Positions 22,249 through 32,981 of a stretch of 64,000 nucleotides of DNA are shown here, in pieces. Origin of the DNA: Nibricoccus sp. GTDB taxonomy: Bacteria > Verrucomicrobiota > Verrucomicrobiia > Opitutales > Opitutaceae. The notes below the pieces were generated by a model that ran no database searches, was not told the origin of the DNA, and saw only the letters and a list, made by a program, of their open reading frames with translations. Position 1 is the stretch's first letter; every line of letters begins with the position of its first letter. Made by a program: the position numbers and the translations under genes. The stretch lies in assembly GCA_047602425.1 (NCBI GenBank), contig JASGHG010000001.1:3072001-3136000 (forward strand), read 5' to 3'.

Positions 22249-23397
22249 ATGCCGTATTTCGATCACAACGCCACGACGCCGCTGTCGCCTGCCGCACGCG
22301 AGGCTTGGTTGCAGGCGTCGACCGAGCTGTGGCAGAATCCGGCGAGCCCTTACCGCGATGCCGCGCGGGCCAAAATCCGTCTTGATGGCGTCCGCGGACG
22401 TTTGGCGGAGTTTGTTGGTTGCGGATCGGATGAATTGATTTTCACCTCGGGCGCGACCGAGGGAGCCAATGCCATTCTGGCCAACTGGGCGCACGCGCTG
22501 CCAGCCGAAGCACGTGTAGCGGTCAATCCGACCGAGCATCCGTGCGTGTTGGAATCGGCGAAATATTATTTTGGCGACAGGATCGTCTGGCTTGAAGTGA
22601 CGTGCGATGGCGTGGTGCCGTTGGAGGCGTTGAAGGATTTACTCGCGAAGAAAGCGGTTGCCGGCGTGGTCGTGATGGCGGCCAACAACGAGACTGGCGT
22701 GCTCCAGCCGTGGGCGGAGATTGCAGGGCTGTGCAAGGCGGCAGGCGTGGAATTTCTCTGCGACGCCTCGCAATGGCTGGGGAAACTTCCCGCGGCCGGC
22801 CTCGGCCGCGCGGGTTGGTTAATTGGTTCTGCACATAAGTTCGGTGGACCGAAGGGCGTGGGATTTTTACGCCGGCCCGCGGGATCCGAGGGCTTTCGCG
22901 CGCAACTCGGGGGTGCGCAGCAACGCGGACATCGCGGCGGCACGGAGGATCTGCCGGGCGCGGCGGCCCTCGTGGCGGCGCTGGCCGAGGCGGAGCAAAA
23001 GAAGGTTTTTCTTGAGACGGAGCGGCTCGGTTGGCGGCAACGTTTCGAACTACAAATCAGCACAGCTTCCGCAGGCATTTCGGTGGTCGCGGCGCGTGCG
23101 GAACGGCTTTGGAATACGGTATCGTTGTTCATGCCGCATATGGAGAACACCCGGTGGGTCACGCGGCTCGATAAACTCGGTTTTCAGGTGTCAACTGGTT
23201 CGGCTTGTGCCACGGGCAAGTCCGGGCCCTCGCATGTGCTCGCGGCGATGGGTTTTGACGCGGCGCAGGCGCGTCGGGTGATCCGCATCAGTGCAAGTTG
23301 GGAGACGACCGAGGCCGACTGGAATGCGCTGGTGCTCGCACTCGCCGCTCTTGATACTGAATTTCGTGCCGATAAAACCAACGTGATCCAACTCTGA
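22249..23397 (+). CDS. Cysteine desulfurase (IscS/NifS type, class V aminotransferase)
   Basis: YFDHNATTP, FTSGATE, ANNETG, SAHKFGGPKG (PLP Lys), STGSAC (catalytic Cys). Confidence 0.9.
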   Translation: MPYFDHNATTPLSPAAREAWLQASTELWQNPASPYRDAARAKIRLDGVRGRLAEFVGCGSDELIFTSGATEGANAILANWAHALPAEARVAVNPTEHPCVLESAKYYFGDRIVWLEVTCDGVVPLEALKDLLAKKAVAGVVVMAANNETGVLQPWAEIAGLCKAAGVEFLCDASQWLGKLPAAGLGRAGWLIGSAHKFGGPKGVGFLRRPAGSEGFRAQLGGAQQRGHRGGTEDLPGAAALVAALAEAEQKKVFLETERLGWRQRFELQISTASAGISVVAARAERLWNTVSLFMPHMENTRWVTRLDKLGFQVSTGSACATGKSGPSHVLAAMGFDAAQARRVIRISASWETTEADWNALVLALAALDTEFRADKTNVIQL

Positions 23398-24470
23398 TGC
23401 GTCTTAGCCGAATCACCCTCGAAAATTTTCGCAACATCCCATTGGCCGAACTCACGTTCGAGGGGCGGCAGCATTTTTTGCTCGGACAGAATGGCCAGGG
23501 CAAAACCAACCTGCTTGAAGCCGTGGGATATCTGACGGCGTTGCGTTCGTTTCGAACGAGCGACCAGCGCCTGCTCATTTCGCACGGCAAAGATGCCGCG
23601 GGCGTTGCCTGCGAAATTCAGCACGAGTTGCTCGACGAGACGGGCGTGATGATCAAGCTCCGGCCCGACGGCAAGGAAGTCACCTGCGACGGCGAATGGG
23701 TCACGAAGTTTGGCGATTATCTCGGGCGCTTTCCGACGGTGGTTTTTTCGTCGAACGATCAACAGCTGGTGCGCGGCGGCCCGGCCTTCCGGCGCCGCTG
23801 GCTCGACCTCACGATTGCGGCGATGGACACGGGCTACCTTCATCTCGTGCAGCAGTATTATCGCGCGGTTGTCGATCGCAACCGGTTGTTGAAACAAGGA
23901 GCGTCGCCGCTGGAGTTCGCGGCCTTCGAACTGCCTTTGGCCAACGCCGCATCGCAAATCGTGCAAAAACGCGCGGCCAACATAAAGGTGCTCAGCGGCT
24001 ATGTAGCTGAGGCCTACACCGCAATCGCCGGGGAAAAAGATCAGGCGACGATGCGTTACGAGCCGGATTTCGACAAAACTGACGTGCATGCCTGGACGCA
24101 GCAGCTGCAGAAAAACCGTCCGCGCGATATTCAGCTCAAGAGCACCAACCTCGGCCCGCATCGCGACGATTGCGGATTGCTCCTCGGTAGTCGCGCGGCT
24201 CGTGACTACGGCTCGGAAGGCCAGCAACGCAGTCTCGCACTCGCACTGCGACTCGCCCAAGTGAATTATTTTCACGAACGCTCCGGTGTGCAACCTGTCG
24301 TGCTGGCCGACGACGTGTTGGGTGAACTCGATCCCGTGCGCCGCCGCCAATTCTGGCATGCGATTGGCGCGGATTGCCAGGTGTTCGCCACCGGCACGAG
24401 TTTGCCCGAGGCCGAACTCGGTCGCTGGCAGGTTTTCAAAGTCGAAGCCGGCCGTTTCATTGAAGACTAA
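23397..24470 (+). CDS. recF: DNA replication/repair protein RecF
   Basis: NFRN, GQNGQGKTNLLEA, GPHRDD, GSEGQQR, LADDVLGELD. Confidence 0.95.
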   Translation: MRLSRITLENFRNIPLAELTFEGRQHFLLGQNGQGKTNLLEAVGYLTALRSFRTSDQRLLISHGKDAAGVACEIQHELLDETGVMIKLRPDGKEVTCDGEWVTKFGDYLGRFPTVVFSSNDQQLVRGGPAFRRRWLDLTIAAMDTGYLHLVQQYYRAVVDRNRLLKQGASPLEFAAFELPLANAASQIVQKRAANIKVLSGYVAEAYTAIAGEKDQATMRYEPDFDKTDVHAWTQQLQKNRPRDIQLKSTNLGPHRDDCGLLLGSRAARDYGSEGQQRSLALALRLAQVNYFHERSGVQPVVLADDVLGELDPVRRRQFWHAIGADCQVFATGTSLPEAELGRWQVFKVEAGRFIED

Positions 24471-24484
24471 ACCGAGGTCAAGCT

Positions 24485-25234
24485 GTGCAATTTGAAACCT
24501 GGCAATGGATCGTGGCAGTGCTCGCGGCGTTGATCGTTGGCATCGCGAAAGGCGGCATCAACGGCCTTGGCTTTTTGCCCGTCATCATTTTCGCGCAGGT
24601 GCTGCCGAGCACAAAACAGTCGAGCGGTTTCGTGCTGCCCTTGCTCATTTTTGGCGATGCGGTCGCTGTATTGAGTTACCGGAGACACACGCAGTGGAGT
24701 TACCTCTGGAAATTGTTTCCGTGGACCGCGGCCGGCGTGCTTACCGGCTATTTTGCCATGGACCGGATTAATGACAAACAGGCTGCCCATTTGATCGGCT
24801 TGATCGTCATGGCACTTGTGCTTCTGCACCTTTGGCGCCGCCGCCAGGCGAAACTCGCCGGTGCCGACGCTGTCGTGGAGCATGGCTGGTGGTTCGCTCC
24901 GCTGATCGGCGTGCTCGCCGGGTTCACCACGCTCGTGGCCAACGCCGCCGGCCCGCTCATGGCGCTTTACCTGCTCGCGATGGGCCTGCCAAAAATGGAA
25001 TACGTTGGCACCGGCGCGGTCTTTTTCCTTCTTTTGAATTGGTTTAAGGTTCCCTTCATGGTGAACCTCGGCCTGATCACCGCGAACAGTTTTAAATTCA
25101 ATCTCTTTCTCGCCCCCGCCGTGCTGGCCGGAACTTTTGCCGGCCGCTGGCTGCTCACGCGCATTAATCAAAAACTTTTTGAAAACCTCGCCCTAGGCCT
25201 AAGTGCCGTCGGAGCGGTGAAACTTTTAATGTGA
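24485..25234 (+). CDS. Sulfite exporter TauE/SafE family membrane protein
   Basis: Multiple TM segments. GIAKGGING, LPLLIFGD, GFTTLVANAAGP. Confidence 0.85.
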   Translation: MQFETWQWIVAVLAALIVGIAKGGINGLGFLPVIIFAQVLPSTKQSSGFVLPLLIFGDAVAVLSYRRHTQWSYLWKLFPWTAAGVLTGYFAMDRINDKQAAHLIGLIVMALVLLHLWRRRQAKLAGADAVVEHGWWFAPLIGVLAGFTTLVANAAGPLMALYLLAMGLPKMEYVGTGAVFFLLLNWFKVPFMVNLGLITANSFKFNLFLAPAVLAGTFAGRWLLTRINQKLFENLALGLSAVGAVKLLM

Positions 25235-25295
25235 GTTGGCTTATGGGCGAAGGAATCCGTTCCTCGCGTATCATCAAGCGTCTTGAAGGTCCCAG

Positions 25296-25425
25296 CTAGA
25301 GCATTTTTAAAAATGTCATAGCCGCACAACTCCGGGTGTAGGGGCGCAGCAAGACTGCGCCACTACGAAGACAGCTCGGTTTGTAATACCGATTTATGGC
25401 TATAGTTTTATCGTATGTGCTCTAG
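25296..25425. mobile_element. MITE-like element with CTAG ends and an internal GTAG-REP hairpin
   Basis: Ends CTAGAGCA...TGCTCTAG, with ATAGCC also in register on both arms. Internal GTAGGGGCGCAG-caaga-CTGCGCCACTAC (25338-25366). Confidence 0.55.
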
Positions 25426-26210
25426 AAGTTGGTGGGAATTTTTTTGGCAAGCGGGCCGATAACCTGTTCGATCTCTTCTCTGCTTTGCGCGGTCGTCACG
25501 ACGATCGTGGATCCTTCACCGGGGGAATTGCGCTCGTCTTTGATTTCGTACGTCTTTCTACCGTTCGCGTCGATGACTGGAGTGACGGCGATCGTGCGTA
25601 TGGCGTTGCCGAAATATCCCAAGTTGCTTTCCAGAGTGCGATCTCCCGAAAGGGTGGTGAACGCCGCATAACGTTCATCGCCCATTACGCGCTTCATCTG
25701 GGCCATGGCTTCGTCATAGATGGCGCTTCCTTGCGATATGGAAGGTTCCACGGTGATGATCGCGGTTCCCTGGTCATTTTTGGTTATGGAGGTTTTTGAA
25801 GGTTCAAGTGCCTCCAGCTTTTTGCGCATTGCCGTCAATTGTGCCTCTATTTCATTTTGTTCGGAAGAATTGAGGGCAAATAATTTCACAAAACCAGGAT
25901 CCAATTGATCGTTTTCCCAGACGAGATTTGTGCTCACGGTCAGGCAGCTCAATTCGCCCAACAAAGACACCGAACGCCAGGGTTGTCGCGAAAGTTGCGG
26001 CTCCCGGTCAGGCTGGCCAGTGGCGTTCCGACTGAGAAATGCAGTCTGATCCTTGGAGGTATTATGGATGGTTGATTGGTTGTGGGTCGGCAACTGCATC
26101 GATCCAGCCACAGGGGCATTCGCGATCTTGGTTTCACTCCTCCTCCCCAAAAAGAAGCCCGCGGCAAAAATGGCGGCACAAATTCCCAAAACGATGAACG
26201 TCTTCATCAA
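25422..26210 (-). CDS. Hypothetical protein with N-terminal signal/anchor (262 aa)
   Basis: Long ORF starting MMKTFIVLGICAAIFAAGFFLG. No recognisable domain. Confidence 0.7.
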   Translation of the reverse strand: MMKTFIVLGICAAIFAAGFFLGRRSETKIANAPVAGSMQLPTHNQSTIHNTSKDQTAFLSRNATGQPDREPQLSRQPWRSVSLLGELSCLTVSTNLVWENDQLDPGFVKLFALNSSEQNEIEAQLTAMRKKLEALEPSKTSITKNDQGTAIITVEPSISQGSAIYDEAMAQMKRVMGDERYAAFTTLSGDRTLESNLGYFGNAIRTIAVTPVIDANGRKTYEIKDERNSPGEGSTIVVTTAQSREEIEQVIGPLAKKIPTNF

Positions 26211-26263
26211 TGACAGGTGTTGCGAAAGAAGCGTTTTTGGAGATGCGCTTTAATGGCTGCAAA

Positions 26264-26340
26264 TGGCGCGGTGGAGGTGACTCGAACACCCGACCCGCGG
26301 TTTAGAAAACCGCTGCTCTATCCAGCTGAGCTACCACCGC
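26264..26340 (-). tRNA. tRNA-Arg(TCT)
   Basis: Minus strand folds as a cloverleaf: acceptor GCGGTGG/CCACCGC+GCCA, anticodon arm GCGGT-TTTCTAA-ACCGC, T-loop TTCGAGT. Confidence 0.95.
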
Positions 26341-26436
26341 GTGTGGTATGGCGCAGACAGACAAAAAGACTTTGTTCGCCCACATCAACGCCGATTTCGC
26401 CCGTCGTGCTCGTGTCGCCGGTTGGTTTGACGCTTT

Positions 26437-26685
26437 TCATTCATGCTTGCTGCTGGCCGTGTCGTTTTTCTTCAAGCCACGGAAATTGAGCGCGGCCAGC
26501 GCGATCTGCAACGCGACCAGAGCCCAGGCTTGCCTCGGCCATGCCCAGCCGATCCAGAGGACATTGCTGGCCAGAAACCACCAGAACCCATGTTTGCGCC
26601 GCCGTTGGGACCGACCCCCAACCAGCCAAGCCGCGACAACGCTGGCGATCATCGCGGGCCATTGAAGCAGGTTTAGATCGTTCAT
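26437..26685 (-). CDS. Small hypothetical membrane protein (3 TM)
   Basis: LLQWPAM..AAWLVG..RR..GFWWFLASNVLWIGWAW..ALVALQ, hydrophobic pattern. Confidence 0.7.
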   Translation of the reverse strand: MNDLNLLQWPAMIASVVAAWLVGGRSQRRRKHGFWWFLASNVLWIGWAWPRQAWALVALQIALAALNFRGLKKNDTASSKHE

Positions 26686-26956
26686 TCAGAGAATTACCAC
26701 CTACTTTAACCATACTCGACCGAGATTAAGGAAGCGGGGGCGTTTAATTTAGTCCACAACCTACGCTCACAAGGTGAACGAGGAAATGGGGCGGACAGCG
26801 ACGTATCTTGTCCGACAAATCCCCATGAGCCCGCCGTGATTGAATCTTCAGGGCAAATTTGATCCCTTCAGCGGCGCCGAGAACAAAATGGTTAATGTTC
26901 GCTGTAAACAACGAACTAATTACTACCGCTACTGCGGGATTGTCACGTGACCCCGA

Positions 26957-27421
26957 TTATTCGTGACCCTCGGGAGGAAGATTTTTCGTTTGCTGATTTT
27001 TGCGGCGGGCGACGGCGTCGGAGTAACGTTTGTGCAATTGGCTGAATTCCGCGCAATATTGGTCCAATTCCGCCTCAGAAAGATTTTCGAGGTCGATCAG
27101 TTCATTGCGCGCTCCGTGGATGGCGCGCAGCAATTCGTCGAGTTTCACGTGCAACGCTTTTGTATCCCGCATCTGCGCATTTTGGAGGAGAAATACCATG
27201 AGGAAGGTCAGAATTGTCGTGGAGGTATTGATCCAAAGTTGCCAGATTTCACTGTAATGGCTGGCCGGTCCGCACGCCGCCCAAAATATCACGGCCAGTA
27301 CGGCGCAGGCGAAGGTAGCCGGATGCGCGGTCAGGCCCGATATATAGCGGGCGAAGCGTGAGAAAATTTCAAAACGCGAATGGGCGGGGATTGCCTGTGC
27401 TCCGGCGCCGCTGACTTTCAT
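26957..27421 (-). CDS. Low-affinity iron permease family protein (Fet4-like Iron_permease domain)
   Basis: WQLWINTSTTILTFLMVFLLQNAQMRDTKALHVKLDELLRA signature. Start codon uncertain. Confidence 0.85.
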   Translation of the reverse strand: MKVSGAGAQAIPAHSRFEIFSRFARYISGLTAHPATFACAVLAVIFWAACGPASHYSEIWQLWINTSTTILTFLMVFLLQNAQMRDTKALHVKLDELLRAIHGARNELIDLENLSEAELDQYCAEFSQLHKRYSDAVARRKNQQTKNLPPEGHE

Positions 27422-27598
27422 CTGAGTCACATTAGTGGGAACCATAGATATTCCTAGACCATCGAAATTCTTCATTGGTTCGAAACGAGGTGCTGCCACC
27501 GCAGTAAAACTCCCGCGTCAGCGGTCGATAGCTGAATTACCGGGTCAAGATTCCAGCCCGAAAAATCGTTCGCGGGTGGCGGATTTGTTCCGAAGCCG

Positions 27599-28846
27599 CT
27601 ATGCGTTGTCGTTGGGAAGCGTAAAGTAAAAGGTCGCCCCTTCGCCTGGCGCGGCGGTGGCCCAAAGGCGTCCGCCATGTTTTTCGATGATGCGGCGCGC
27701 GCTCACCAAGCCCACACCGGTTCCGGGAAAATCGCTGCGTGAATGCAGGCGGTGGAAGGGTATGAAAAGTTTTTCCGCCTGCTGCGGTTCAAAGCCGACG
27801 CCATTGTCGCGCACGAAAAAGGTTTTCGCATGCGGCTCCGTCGCGATCTCGCCAAGTTCGATCAGGGCTTGGGCGCGTTTTGACGAATACTTCCAGGCGT
27901 TGGAGAGGAGATTGTCGAATACGGCGCGAAGAAGGCTGGGGTCTCCGCACGCATTTAAATTGTGGGCGCAACGAAACTCCACTTCGCGGGCCGGCGCTGT
28001 CGCTTTGAGTTGGTTAAAGGCATCATGGGCCAGTTTGCAAAGATCGACGGAGGTTTTTTTCAGTTCGGCTCGGTCCAGCGCCGCCATTTTCAGCAAGTCT
28101 GCAATGAAGGTTTCCATCCGGAGACATTCTCTTTGGATGGTGGCGAGGTTTTCACGCAGCTCGGCGGGGGTATCCGGCTTCAGGTCCATTTCGGCGAGGG
28201 AAGCGCAGCCTTTGATCGCCGTCAGCGGGCTGCGCAGATCGTGGGACACGGAGTAGGAGAACGCTTCGAGCGACTCGTTGGCCGCACGGAGGGCGCTGGT
28301 GCGATCTGCGACGCGGCGTTCCAATTCTTCGTAGACTTGAATATTTTCCAACGCCACGGCCGTGGTGTGCGCGAGGTTTTGCAGGAGTTCCACTTCGTAG
28401 GGAGCGGCGCGATAGGGACGGCTCCAGTAGGTGCCAATGGCGCCAATCGGCTGGCGCAGGCGAATGGGCACCATCACCAAGCTTTTCACGAAGGTGGGCC
28501 GATACGCGTCAATGGGCACGCGCGGGTCGTCGAAAATATCCGGAATCACGGCCGAGCGAGCATTGAGCATGGCCCAACCACTGACACAGGCGGTCATGGG
28601 AAACCGCTGACCTTTCCACAACGGCCCGATCGCATCCTCATCGACGTAGTGACATTGATCGCCGTCGCGCAAAATGAAGGTGGCGCCATCTGCGCCGGTG
28701 AGTTCGCGGGCCACTGTGCGGACAATTCCAGTTACCGCGGCCAAGTTGCGCGCGAGCGAAAGTTCCTGAATGGCCACCAGCAATCGCGACATGGCTCGCC
28801 GGTGGCGTTCCTGTTCGTTTACATCTTGGGTCTCTGCGCGATGCAT
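27599..28846 (-). CDS. Cytoplasmic GAF-domain sensor histidine kinase (no adjacent response regulator)
   Basis: GAF region, H-box SYSVSHDLRSPL, NLLSNAWKY, DNGVGF, GTGVGL. Confidence 0.92.
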   Translation of the reverse strand: MHRAETQDVNEQERHRRAMSRLLVAIQELSLARNLAAVTGIVRTVARELTGADGATFILRDGDQCHYVDEDAIGPLWKGQRFPMTACVSGWAMLNARSAVIPDIFDDPRVPIDAYRPTFVKSLVMVPIRLRQPIGAIGTYWSRPYRAAPYEVELLQNLAHTTAVALENIQVYEELERRVADRTSALRAANESLEAFSYSVSHDLRSPLTAIKGCASLAEMDLKPDTPAELRENLATIQRECLRMETFIADLLKMAALDRAELKKTSVDLCKLAHDAFNQLKATAPAREVEFRCAHNLNACGDPSLLRAVFDNLLSNAWKYSSKRAQALIELGEIATEPHAKTFFVRDNGVGFEPQQAEKLFIPFHRLHSRSDFPGTGVGLVSARRIIEKHGGRLWATAAPGEGATFYFTLPNDNA

Positions 28847-29309
28847 AGTTTATCTGGATAAAAATATCGATGTACCTCTCGCCTATTTCGGCGATGCTTG
28901 GCATCATGCAATCGTTTGTCATCTTTGCAAGCGGTCGAAGAAAGGAAAGGGCTAGGGTGTATCTCGGGGTGGGGCCCGGGTGGCGCTGATCGGGCATTCG
29001 CAGACAATATGGCTCTTTAAGGTGGTTCGTCACGGGGGACGATACGGAATTTTCCGAGGGGTGCTGGGAGTTGCATAGGTGACTCAAGGACAGGCGCCAC
29101 CAGAATAATCGCCGCCCCGCAGATGAGATTGGTCGGATGCCAGGTCGACTTTTTACCATTTCCCTAAAACCGCGTTTTTTGCCGATTTTTGCGCATGTTT
29201 GGCAGTAGCGATCAAAACCCTTGCCAAACCCGTGTACCGAGGTTTTCTCTCACACTTCCCGCGTCTTCGCGCGGCAGTTCATTTCTTAATCAGCACATAA
29301 ACATAGTAG

Positions 29310-30371
<1,062 letters not shown>

Positions 30372-30410
30372 CTAGCTCTGACGCAGCCCTCACTGGGCTG
30401 AAAAGATTTC

Positions 30411-30455
30411 AAGGGGCTGAAGGCCGATTCATTTCGCCTTCAGCCCTTTTTTATT
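30411..30455 (+). terminator. Terminator-like hairpin between gap and pgk
   Basis: GGGCTGAAGGC...GCCTTCAGCCC followed by TTTTTT. Confidence 0.75.
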
Positions 30456-30509
30456 CTGCGCTGGACCTCTCATTTTCGTCCTCTACTATCGCAGGCTTTT
30501 TCCATTCCC

Positions 30510-31778
30510 ATGGCCAAATTCAAATCCATCCGCGATCTCAATCTCGCCGGCAAACGCGTGTTCATCCGCGTTGACTTCAACGTCCCACAGGACAAGGCCA
30601 CCGGCGCCATAACCAATAATGCCCGCATCGTGGCCGCTCTGCCCACGGTCCAATACGCTCTCGAAAAAGGTGCTTCCGTCGTTCTCGCCAGCCACCTCGG
30701 CCGTCCGGACGGCAAGGCCAGCGAAAAGTTCTCGCTGAAGCCGGTCGCGGTCGAAGTCGAAAAGCTTCTCGGCAAGCCCGTGAAGTTCCTCAACGACTGC
30801 GTCGGCGCCGAAGTTGAAAAAACCTGCGCTGCGCTCAAGCCCGGCGAAGTGGTTCTCCTCGAAAACCTTCGTTTCCACATCGAGGAAGAAGGCAAGATCA
30901 AGGAAAAGCAGGCCGACGGCACGGAGAAATCCATCAAGGCCGACCCGAAGAATATCGACGCCTTCCGCGCCTCGCTCTCGAAGCTGGCTGACGTCTACAT
31001 CAACGACGCCTTTGGCACCGCGCACCGCGCCCACAGCTCGATGGTCGGCGTTTCCCTCAAGGAAAAAGCCGCCGGTTTCCTCATGGAAGCCGAACTCAAT
31101 GCTTTCGCCAAAGTCCTCGATCATCCGCACCGTCCGCTCCTCGCCATCCTCGGTGGCGCCAAGATCGCCGACAAGATTCCGCTCATCAAAAACCTCCTCG
31201 ACACCGCCGACACCATCATCATCGGCGGCGGCATGAGCTACACCTTCAAGAAGGTGCTGCTCGACATGCACATTGGCGACAGCCTCTTCGACGCCGAAGG
31301 CGCCAAGCTCGTTCCCGAACTGATGGCCAAGGCCAAATCCCGCGGCGTGAAGATTCTCCTCCCAATCGACCACGTATGCGGCAACGCCTTTCCGAAAACG
31401 CCCGACACCAAAGTCGAAATCGAGCTCGATAACGACACCCCGGGCATTCCCGACGGCTGGATGGGCCTCGACGTCGGCCCGCAGACGCGCGCGATGTACC
31501 GCGACGCGATCATGAGCTCCAAGACCATCATCTGGAACGGACCTCCGGGCGTGTTCGAAGACGAACGCTTTGCCGCCGGCACCAAGGCTATGGCGGACGC
31601 CATTGCGCTCGCGACGGTTAACGGCGCGGTCACCGTCGTCGGCGGTGGCGACACCGCTACGGCCGCGAAGAAATTCAAGGTCGCCAAAGTCGTGACCCAC
31701 TGCTCCACCGGCGGCGGCGCCAGCCTCGAGCTCCTCGAAGGCAAGGTCCTCCCTGGCGTGGCATTCCTGGAGTCCTGA
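30510..31778 (+). CDS. pgk: Phosphoglycerate kinase
   Basis: [42 protein letters not shown]. Confidence 0.98.
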   Translation: MAKFKSIRDLNLAGKRVFIRVDFNVPQDKATGAITNNARIVAALPTVQYALEKGASVVLASHLGRPDGKASEKFSLKPVAVEVEKLLGKPVKFLNDCVGAEVEKTCAALKPGEVVLLENLRFHIEEEGKIKEKQADGTEKSIKADPKNIDAFRASLSKLADVYINDAFGTAHRAHSSMVGVSLKEKAAGFLMEAELNAFAKVLDHPHRPLLAILGGAKIADKIPLIKNLLDTADTIIIGGGMSYTFKKVLLDMHIGDSLFDAEGAKLVPELMAKAKSRGVKILLPIDHVCGNAFPKTPDTKVEIELDNDTPGIPDGWMGLDVGPQTRAMYRDAIMSSKTIIWNGPPGVFEDERFAAGTKAMADAIALATVNGAVTVVGGGDTATAAKKFKVAKVVTHCSTGGGASLELLEGKVLPGVAFLES

Positions 31779-31789
31779 CGGACTCTGCT

Positions 31790-31874
31790 GGTCATGGGTG
31801 ATAGGTTATGGGTCATGGGTAAAAACCACGGACCTCAACTGTCACCCATCACCAATCAACCGTAACCCATCACC
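31790..31874. repeat. Inverted blocks of degenerate heptamer tandem repeats
   Basis: GGTCATG GGTGATA GGTTATG GGTCATG GGT, then TCACCCA TCACCAA TCAACCG TAACCCA TCACC. Confidence 0.8.
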
Positions 31875-31882
31875 TTCTTCCT

Positions 31883-32650
31883 ATGATTCGCAAAAAGCTC
31901 ATCGCTGGTAACTGGAAAATGAACAAGACCTCGGCCGAGGCTCTCTCCCTTTCGAAGGAGATCGTCGCCGAAGTCGGCAAAGTCATCGACGTCGACATCG
32001 TCGTTTGCCCGCCGTTTACCTCGTTGGAAACGGTTAGCAAAGTGGTCGACGGTTCCTCCGTGAAACTCGGTGCGCAGAACGTGCACCCTGAAGCCAGCGG
32101 CGCCTACACGGGCGAAGTTTCGGCTCCGATGCTGCGCGCGCTCTTCGCCACGCACGTCATTCTCGGCCACAGCGAACGTCGCGCCTACTTCGGCGAGACC
32201 GATGCCTTCATCAACAAGAAGGTGCTCGCTGCGATCAAAAACCAGCTCAAGCCCATCCTTTGCGTGGGCGAAACCCTCGCCGAGCGCGAAGGCGGCACGA
32301 CCTTGAAGGTCGTCGAAACCCAGCTGGTCGGCGGTCTCGCCGGCGTGAGCAAGGACGATGCGGCCAGCGTCGTCATCGCCTACGAACCCGTTTGGGCCAT
32401 CGGCACTGGCAAAGTCGCTACGACCGCGCAGGCGCAAGAAGTGCACGCTTTCATCCGTTCGCTGCTCGTCAAACTCTTTGGTGATCAGATCGCGCAGAAA
32501 GTTCGCATTCTCTACGGCGGTTCGATGAAACCGCAAAACGCTCCCGAACTGCTCGCCCAAAAGGATATCGATGGCGGCTTGATCGGTGGCGCGGCTCTTG
32601 AAACTCGCAGCTTCGTCGACCTCGTGAAGGCGGCGATCGCGGCCAAGTAA
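31883..32650 (+). CDS. tpiA: Triosephosphate isomerase
   Basis: AGNWKMN, GHSERR, AYEPVWAIGTG, LYGGS. Confidence 0.98.
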   Translation: MIRKKLIAGNWKMNKTSAEALSLSKEIVAEVGKVIDVDIVVCPPFTSLETVSKVVDGSSVKLGAQNVHPEASGAYTGEVSAPMLRALFATHVILGHSERRAYFGETDAFINKKVLAAIKNQLKPILCVGETLAEREGGTTLKVVETQLVGGLAGVSKDDAASVVIAYEPVWAIGTGKVATTAQAQEVHAFIRSLLVKLFGDQIAQKVRILYGGSMKPQNAPELLAQKDIDGGLIGGAALETRSFVDLVKAAIAAK

Positions 32651-32675
32651 ACCCGGCGAAAACGTTTTCAATCCC

Positions 32676-32710
32676 AGCGCGGACCGGCCCATGTCGGTCC
32701 GCGCTTTTTT
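32676..32710 (+). terminator. Rho-independent terminator after tpiA
   Basis: AGCGCGGACCGGC-ccat-GTCGGTCCGCGCT followed by a T run. Confidence 0.88.
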
Positions 32711-32981
32711 GTGCCTGAAGACAAAACCCTCAAACGGCGGAAATTTTGGCCACAAAAGTCGCAAAATTTATTTTGGCTCCGTCAATATCTCCATTGCGCC
32801 TATAGGCGCGCAGTCGCGTGACGGCGAAGTCAGCGGCCAATTTTGTGCTTTTTGTGCCTAACCTTCCGATGGCCTCGTTCCCATATCATCGCGCCGTCGC
32901 TTTGTGAAACGCGTTTGAAATCAGTTTCCGCCACGCTTCTTTCTTTATTTCGTTGGTCAATGGAACTTTCCTGAACGGCGC

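Noticed and set aside
26211..26340. Prophage or ICE integrated at tRNA-Arg
   Set aside because: No integrase and no duplicated tRNA 3' end were seen in the window.
26686..26956. Possible c-di-GMP riboswitch (CAGGGCAAA seed)
   Set aside because: The downstream GACGCAAA and stem elements are missing.
31790..31874. Possible CRISPR array
   Set aside because: Units are 7 nt with no spacers, and no cas genes are present in the window.
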